Source of the DNA: the human T2T-CHM13v2.0 reference genome, Homo sapiens
Assembly (NCBI GenBank): GCA_009914755.4
Contig: CP086569.2
Span: 28,256,001 to 28,320,000, forward strand
DNA length: 64,000 bases
Reading direction: 5' to 3'
Shown here in pieces: positions 56,523-64,000 of the stretch (position 1 is its first letter; each line of letters opens with the position of its first letter). Under the pieces are notes generated by a model. It did no database searches. It was not told the DNA's origin and worked only from the letters and a program-made list of their open reading frames with translations. The translations under genes were made by a program, and so were the position numbers.

Positions 56523-59500
56523 CTCGAATAGAATGGACACGAATGCTCAAATTGAATGGACTCGAATGGAATGGAAACGAAAGGAATGTCATCGAATGGA
56601 ATTGAATCGATTGGAATGAAATCGCATAGAATGGAGTGGAATCAAATGGAATTGAATCGAAAGGAAAGGAAGCGAATGGACTGAAATGAAATGGAATGGA
56701 ATTGAATGGAAAGTAAAGCAATGGAATAGAATGGAACGAAATTTCACGGAATGGAATCAAACTGAATGGAATCAAATCAATGGAATATAATCAAATGGAA
56801 TGGAAAGGAATTGAATGGAGTAGATGGGATTGGATGGGATTGGAATGAAATGTACTGGAAAGGACTCGAATTTCATGAAACGGAATGGAATGAATTGGAA
56901 CGGAATGGACTCGAATGGAATGGAATGTCATGGAATGGCATCAAATGGAATGGCATCAAATGGAATGGAATCGAATGCAATGGAATACTATGGAATGGAA
57001 TGGAATGCATTGGAATGGAATGTCCTCTAATGGAATGGATTCGAGTGGAATGGAATCGAATATAATGGAGTCGAATGAAATGAAATTGAAAGGAATGGGA
57101 TCGAATACAATGGAATATACTGGAATGTAATGTAATGAACTCGAATGTAATTGACTGGAATGGAATGTACATGAATGGAATGTAATCGAATGGAAAGTAA
57201 TCCAATGGAATAGAATCTAATGCAATAAAATCGACTCAGATAGAGTAGAATGTAATGGAATGGAGTGCAGTGCAATGGAATGGAATGGAATGGAATGCAA
57301 TGGAATGGAATGGAATGGGATGGAATGGTATGGAATGGATAGTAATGGACTGGAGGGAAATGGACTGGAAAGGAATGGACTCAAATTGAAAGGGCTCGAA
57401 AGGAATGGAGTCAAATGGAATGGTCTGGAATGGAATGAACACGAATGTAATGCAATCCAATAGAATGGAATCGAATGGCATGGAATATAAAGAAATGGAA
57501 TCGAAGAGAATGGAAACAAACGGAATGGAATTGAATGGAATGGGAACGAATGGAGTGAAATTGTATGCAGTAGAAGAGAATAGAATGGAATGCAAGCGAA
57601 AGGAAAGGAATGGATTGGAATGGAATGGAATTCATTGGAATGGAAGGGAATGTAGTGTAATGGACAGGCCTGGAATAAAGTGGAATGCTACGGTCTCGAA
57701 TGGAATAAAAATGTATGGAATGGAATGCAAAGAAACGGAATCGAATGTCATATAATGTAATGGAATGCAAAATAATGGACTCCAAAATCATTGACTGGAA
57801 AGGCTGGGTGTCGAAAGAATTGACTCCAATGGAATGGAATCGAATGGAATGGAAGTGAATAGAATCGAACTAAATCGAATGGAATGGAATTGATAGGAAC
57901 GGAATGGAAAGGAATGAAATGATTTGGCATGGAATGGAATCGAATGGCATCGAATGGAATGGAATGGAATGCAATGCAATGGAATGTATTAGAATGTAAT
58001 GAACTTTAATGGAATGTACTCGAATGGATTCGACTGGAATGGAATGTTCTGGAAGTGAATGGACTCCAATGGAATGGATTGAAAAGGAATGGAATCGTAC
58101 GGAATGGAATCTAATGGAATGGAATTAAATGGAAATGAATGAAATTGAATAGCACGGAATTGAATTGAATGGAATCGAATGCAATGGAATCTAATGAAAC
58201 GGAAAGGAAAGGAATGGAATGGAATGGAATGGGCTGGAATGGAAAGGAATCGAAACGAATGGAATGGAATCGAACTGAAGAGACTGGAATGGAATGCACT
58301 GGAATGGAAGGGAGTGTAATGGAAGGTTCTCGAAAAAAATGGAATCGAATGGAATGCAATTGAATGGAACGGAATAGAGTCGAATGGAATTGAATGGAAT
58401 GGAATGGACTAGAGTGAAATGGAATCGAACCACAAGGAATGGACAGGAATAGAATGGTCTCGAATTGAATGGAATCGTATGGAATGGCATCAAACGGAAT
58501 GGAATGGACAGCCACGGAATGGAATGCACTCGAATGCAATGGAGTCGAAACTAATGGGCTGGAATAGAATGGACTCGACTGGTACGGACTCCAATGGAAT
58601 GGAATCGAATGGAAGGGAATCGAACGGAATGGACTCGAAGGGAAAAGACTGCAATGGAAAGGTCTCGAATGGAATGGAAATTAATGGAATGGAATGGAAT
58701 CGAATGAAATGGAGTCAAAAGGAATGGAATCGAATGGCAAGAAATCGAATGTAATGGAATCGCAAGGAATTGATGTGAACGGAACGGAATGGAATGGAAT
58801 CCAAAGAAATGGAATAGAATGGAATGGAATCGAATGGAAAGAACTCGAATGGAAATCACTCGAATAGAATGCAATTTAATAAAATAGGATGAAATGTAAT
58901 GGAATGGAATGGAAAGGAATCGAAACGAAAGGAATGGAGACAGATGGAATGGAATGGAACAGAGAGCAATGGTATAGAATGGAATGGAATCATCTGGAAT
59001 GGAATTGAATGGAATGGAATAATATGAAATGGAATGGAATGGAATGGAATGCCCTTGAATTAAATGGACTGGAATGGAATGGACTCGAACAGAGTGGAAT
59101 GGAATGTGTTGAGATAGAATGGAATGGACTCCTTTGGAATGGTCTAGTATGCAATGCAATCGACTGGCAGGGAATCAAAAGGAATGTAATCGAATGGATT
59201 GGACTGGAATGCAATGGACTCGAATAGATTGGAAACGGAATGCAAAGGAATGGAATGGAATAGTATGGAATGGAATGGAAAGGAATGGAGTGGAATAGAC
59301 TAGAGTGGAATGGAATGGACTCGAAAGCAATGGACTGGAATGGAACTTTCTTGAATGGACTGGAATCAAACGGAATGGAATGCAATGCAATCAAATGGCA
59401 TGGAATAAAATAGAATGAAAGAGAATCAAATGGAATTGAATCGAATGCAATCGAATGGATTGGAAAGGAATAGAATGGAATGGAATGGAATTGACTCAAA

Positions 59501-60040
59501 TGGAATGGACTAGAATGGAATGGATTCGAATGGAAGGCAAAGGAATGGAATCTATTGGAATGGACAGCAATGGAATGGAAAGGAAGGGATTGGAATGGAC
59601 TCGAATGGAATGGACTGCAATAGAAAGGATTCGAATGGAATGAAAAAGAATTGAATGGAATAGAACAGAATGGAATCAAATCGAATGAAATGGAATGGAA
59701 TAGAAAGGAATGGAATGAAATGGAATGGAAAGGATTCGAATGGAATGCAATCGAATGGAATGGAATCGAACGGAATGGAATAAAATGGAAGCAAACTGGC
59801 AAGAAATGGAATCGAAATGAATGGAGTGTTATGGAACGGACTCCAAAGGAATTGAATGTAATAGAATGGAGTGGAGTGGACTCGAATATAATGGACTGGA
59901 ATGGAATGAAATCACATGGAATGGGAACGAATGGAATGGAATGGAAAGGAATGGAATCGAATGGAAAGGAATCGAATGGAAGGGAATGAAATTGAATCAA
60001 CAGGAATGGAAGGGAATAGAATAGACGGTAATGGAATGGA
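56523..60040 (+). repeat. HOR unit 17 (3518 bp)
   Basis: Anchor recurrence. Indel and SNV set identical to unit 15. Confidence 0.9.
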
Positions 60041-63000
60041 CTCGAATAGAATGGACACGAATGCTCAAATTGAATGGACTCGAATGGAATGGAAACGAAA
60101 GGAATGTCATCGAATGGAATTGAATCGATTGGAATGAAATGGCATAGAATGGAGTGGAATCAAATGGAATTGAATCGAAAGGAAAGGAAGCGAATGGACT
60201 GAAATGAAATGGAATGGAATTGAATGGAAAGTAAAGCAATGGAATAGAATGGAACGAAATTTCACGGAATGGAATCAAACTGAATGGAATCAAATCAATG
60301 GAATATAATCAAATGGAATGGAAAGGAATTGAATGGAGTAGATGGGATTGGATGGGATTGGAATGAAATGTACTGGAAAGGACTCGAATTTCATGAAACG
60401 GAATGGAATGAATTGGAACGGAATGGACTCGAATGGAATGGAATGTCATGGAATGGCATCAAATGGAATGGCATCAAATGGAATGGAATCGAATGCAATG
60501 GAATGCTATGGAATGGAATGGAATGCATTAGAATGGAATGTCCTCTAATGGAATGGATTCGAGTGGAATGGAATCGAATATAATGGAGTCGAATGAAATG
60601 GAATTGAAAGGAATGGGATCGAATACAATGGAATATACTGGAATGTAATGTAATGAACTCGAATGTAATTGACTGGAATGGAATGTACATGAATGGAATG
60701 TAATCGAATGGAAAGTAATCCAATGGAATAGAATCTAATGCAATAAAATCGACTCAGATAGAGTAGAATGTAATGGAATGGAGTGCAGTACAATGGAATG
60801 GAATGGAATGGAATGCAATGGAATGGAATGGAATGGGATGGAATGGTATGGAATGGATAGTAATGGACTGGAGTGAAATGGACTGGAAAGGAATGGACTC
60901 AAATTGAAAGGGCTCGAAAGGAATGGAGTCAAATGGAATGGTCTGGAATGGAATGAACACGAATGTAATGCAATCCAATAGAATGGAATCGAATGGCATG
61001 GAATATAAAGAAATGGAATCGAAGAGAATGGAAACAAACGGAATGGAATTGAATGGAATGGGAACGAATGGAGTGAAATTGTATGCAGTAGAAGAGAATA
61101 GAATGGAATGCAAGCGAAAGGAAAGGAATGGATTGGAATGGAATGGAATTCATTGGAATGGAAGGGAATGTAGTGTAATGGACAGGCCTGGAATAAAGTG
61201 GAATGCTACGGTCTCGAATGGAATAAAAATGTATGGAATGGAATGCAAAGAAACGGAATCGAATGTCATAGAATGTAATGGAATGCAAAAAAATGGACTC
61301 CAAAATCATTGACTGGAAAGGCTGGGTGTCGAAAGGAATTGACTCCAATGGAATGGAATCGAATGGAATGGAAGTGAATAGAATCGAACTAAATCGAATG
61401 GAATGGAATTGATAGGAACGGAATGGAAAGGAATGAAATGATTTAGCATGGAATGGAATCGAATGGCATCGAATGGAATGGAATGGAATGCAACGCAATG
61501 GAATGTATTAGAATGTAATGAACTTTAATGGAATGTACTCGAATGGATTCGACTGGAATGGAATGTTCTGGAAGTGAATGGACTCCAATGGAATGGATTG
61601 AAAAGGAATGGAATCGTACGGAATGGAATCTAATGGAATGGAATTAAATGGAAATGAATGAAATTGAATAGCACAGAATTGAATTGAATGGAATCGAATG
61701 CAATGGAATCTAATGAAACGGAAAGGAAAGGAATGGAATGGAATGGAATGGGCTGGAATGGAAAGGAATCGAAACGAATGGAATGGAATCGAACTGAAGA
61801 GACTGGAATGGAATGCACTGGAATGGAAGGGAGTGTAATGGAAGGTTCTCGAAATAAATGGAATCGAATGGAATGGAATTGAATGGAACGGAATAGAGTC
61901 GAATGGAATTGAATGGAATGGAATGGACTAGAGTGAAATGGAATCGAACCACAAGGAATGGACAGGAATAGAATGGTCTCGAATTGAATGGAATCGTATG
62001 GAATGGCATCAAACGGAATGGAATGGACAGCCACGGAATGGAATGCACTCGAATGCAATGGAGTCGAACCTAATGGACTGGAATAGAATGGACTCGACTG
62101 GTACGGACTCCAATGGAATGGAATCGAATGGAAGGGAATCGAACGGAATGGACTCGAAGGGAAAAGACTGCAATGGAAAGGTCTCGAATGGAATGGAAAT
62201 TAATGGAATGGAATGGAATCGAATGAAATGGAGTCAAAAGGAATGGAATCGAATGGCAAGAAATCGAATGTAATGGAATCGCAAGGAATTGATGTGAACG
62301 GAACGGAATGGAATGGAATCCAAAGAAATGGAATAGAATGGAATGGAATCGAATGGAAAGAACTCGAATGGAAATCACTCGAATAGAATGCAATTTAATA
62401 AAATAGGATGAAATGTAATTGAATGGAATGGAAAGGAATCGAAACGAAAGGAATGGAGACAGATGGAATGGAATGGAACAGAGAGCAATGGTATAGAATG
62501 GAATGGAATCATCTGGAATGGAATTGAATGGAATGGAATAATATGAAATGGAATGGAATGGAATGGAATGCCCTTGAATTAAATGGACTGGAATGGAATG
62601 GACTCGAACAGAGTGGAATGGAAAGTGTTGAGATAGAATGGAATGGACTGCTTTGGAATGGTCTAGTATGCAATGCAATCGACTGGCAGGGAATCAAAAG
62701 GAATGTAATCGAATGGATTGGACTGGAATGCAATGGACTCGAATAGATTGGAAACGGAATGCAAAGGAATGGAATGGAATAGTATGGAATGGAATGGAAA
62801 GGAATGGAGTGGAATAGACTAGAGTGGAATGGAATGGACTCGAAAGGAATGGACTGGAATGGAACTTTCTTGAATGGACTGGAATCAAACGGAATGGAAT
62901 GCAATGCAATCAAATGGCATGGAATAAAATAGAATGAAAGAGAATCAAATGGAATTGAATTGAATGCAATCGAATGGATTGGAAAGGAATAGAATGGAAT

Positions 63001-63559
63001 GGAATGGAATTGACTCAAATGGAATGGACTAGAATGGAATGGATTCGAATGGAAGGCAAAGGAATGGAATCTATTGGAATGGACAGCAATGGAATGGAAA
63101 GGAAGGGATTGGAATGGACTCGAATGGAATGGACTGCAATAGAAAGGATTCGAATGGAATGAAAAAGAATTGAATGGAATAGAACAGAATGGAATCAAAT
63201 CGAATGAAATGGAATGGAATAGAAAGGAATGGAATGAAATGGAATGGAAAGGATTCGAATGGAATGCAATCGAATGGAATGGAATCGAACGGAATGGAAT
63301 AAAATGGAAGAAAACTGGCAAGAAATGGAATCGAAATGAATGGAGTGTTATGGAACGGACTCCAAAGGAATTGAATGTAATAGAATGGAGTGGAGTGGAC
63401 TCGAATATAATGGACTGGAATGGAATGAAATCACATGGAATGGGAACGAATGGAATGGAATGGAAAGGAATGGAATCGAATGGAAAGGAATCGAATGGAA
63501 GGGAATGAAATTGAATCAACAGGAATGGAAGGGAATAGAATAGACGGTAATGGAATGGA
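60041..63559 (+). repeat. HOR unit 18 (3519 bp)
   Basis: Anchor recurrence. Has the 15-bp duplication and the 15-bp deletion (MELNGMGTNG), but without the 1-bp deletion of units 15 and 17. Shares 'cgaaataaatgg' and 'ggactgctttgg' with units 14 and 16. Confidence 0.9.
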
Positions 63560-64000
63560 CTCGAATAGAATGGACACGAATGCTCAAATTGAATGGACTC
63601 GAATGGAATGGAAACGAAAGGAATGTCATCGAATGGAATTGAATCGATTGGAATGAAATCGCATAGAATGGAGTGGAATCAAATGGAATTGAATCGAAAG
63701 GAAAGGAAGCGAATGGACTGAAATGAAATGGAATGGAATTGAATGGAAAGTAAAGCAATGGAATAGAATGGAACGAAATTTCACGGAATGGAATCAAACT
63801 GAATGGAATCAAATCAATGGAATATAATCAAATGGAATGGAAAGGAATTGAATGGAGTAGATGGGATTGGATGGGATTGGAATGAAATGTACTGGAAAGG
63901 ACTCGAATTTCATGAAACGGAATGGAATGAATTGGAACGGAATGGACTCGAATGGAATGGAATGTCATGGAATGGCATCAAATGGAATGGCATCAAATGG
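63560..64000 (+). repeat. HOR unit 19 (partial, truncated by window end)
   Basis: The anchor 'ctcgaatagaatggacacgaatgctc' restarts at 63560. The 15-bp duplication is present at the window end ('ggcatcaaatggaatggcatcaaatgg'). Confidence 0.85.

Larger units (their letters stand above)
1..64000 (+). repeat. Tandem pentameric satellite array, (GGAAT)n on + strand / (ATTCC)n on - strand. HSat3-like, organised as a ~3.52 kb higher-order repeat; consistent with human DYZ1 (Yq12).
   Basis: GGAAT and its variants (CGAAT, GGAGT, GCAAT, GAAAT) dominate every part of the window. Unique anchors such as 'ctcgaatagaatggacacgaatgctcaaattgaatgg' and 'gacaggcctggaataaagtggaatgctacggtctcg' recur with period 3518-3603 bp, for 18.1 copies. 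Translations in all six frames are pentamer readouts. DYZ1 is a known ~3.4-3.56 kb HaeIII-defined TTCCA-rich repeat (established knowledge). Confidence 0.95.

Noticed and set aside
1-64000. A CRISPR array or other prokaryotic repeat-spacer architecture, or a novel defence or biosynthetic system
   Set aside because: There is no repeat-spacer pattern with 20-50 bp repeats separated by unique spacers. The periodicities are 5 bp and ~3.5 kb, typical of primate satellite DNA. The window contains no non-satellite sequence at all, so there is nowhere for a gene system to sit.
1-64000. Alpha-satellite (centromeric, 171 bp) or HSat2
   Set aside because: No 171-bp periodicity is present. The sequence is dominated by relatively pure GGAAT units with CGAAT variants, not the more degenerate ~23/26-bp HSat2 motif. 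This fits HSat3.

Overview
The entire 64 kb window is tandem satellite DNA with no credible genes. It is a hominoid HSat3-type (GGAAT)n / (ATTCC)n pentameric satellite, organised into a higher-order repeat (HOR) with a base period of about 3,519 bp. There are 18 complete units plus a 441-bp partial unit, and neighbouring units are about 97-99% identical.

The ~3.5 kb period, the pentamer composition and a single HaeIII (GGCC) site per unit all match the classic human Y-chromosome DYZ1 (Yq12) repeat. Without a database search I cannot exclude another HSat3 HOR array.

Every ORF in the six-frame track is an artefact. Pure GGAAT/ATTCC repeats contain no stop codon in any frame, so long open frames are expected. 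The translations are low-complexity pentamer readouts (MEWNG..., IPFHS...) that recur only because the DNA recurs.

No prokaryotic-style system, mobile-element insertion, CRISPR array, tRNA or rRNA is present.

What is interesting is the internal architecture of the array:
- Units 2, 8, 11, 13, 14 and 16 have discrete length variants (3,528-3,603 bp), caused by pentamer-tract expansions and a 15-bp duplication.
- Units 10-18 show a ~7.05 kb two-unit super-repeat in which diagnostic variants alternate A/B.
- In the first half there is a ~21.2 kb (six-unit) correspondence: units 1 and 7, 2 and 8, 3 and 9, and 6 and 12 share private variants.
- Units 11/13-19 form a homogenised domain carrying the 15-bp duplication and a 'gcaataaaatcg' variant.
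- Individual units carry HaeIII-site loss and gain and frameshift-type indels.
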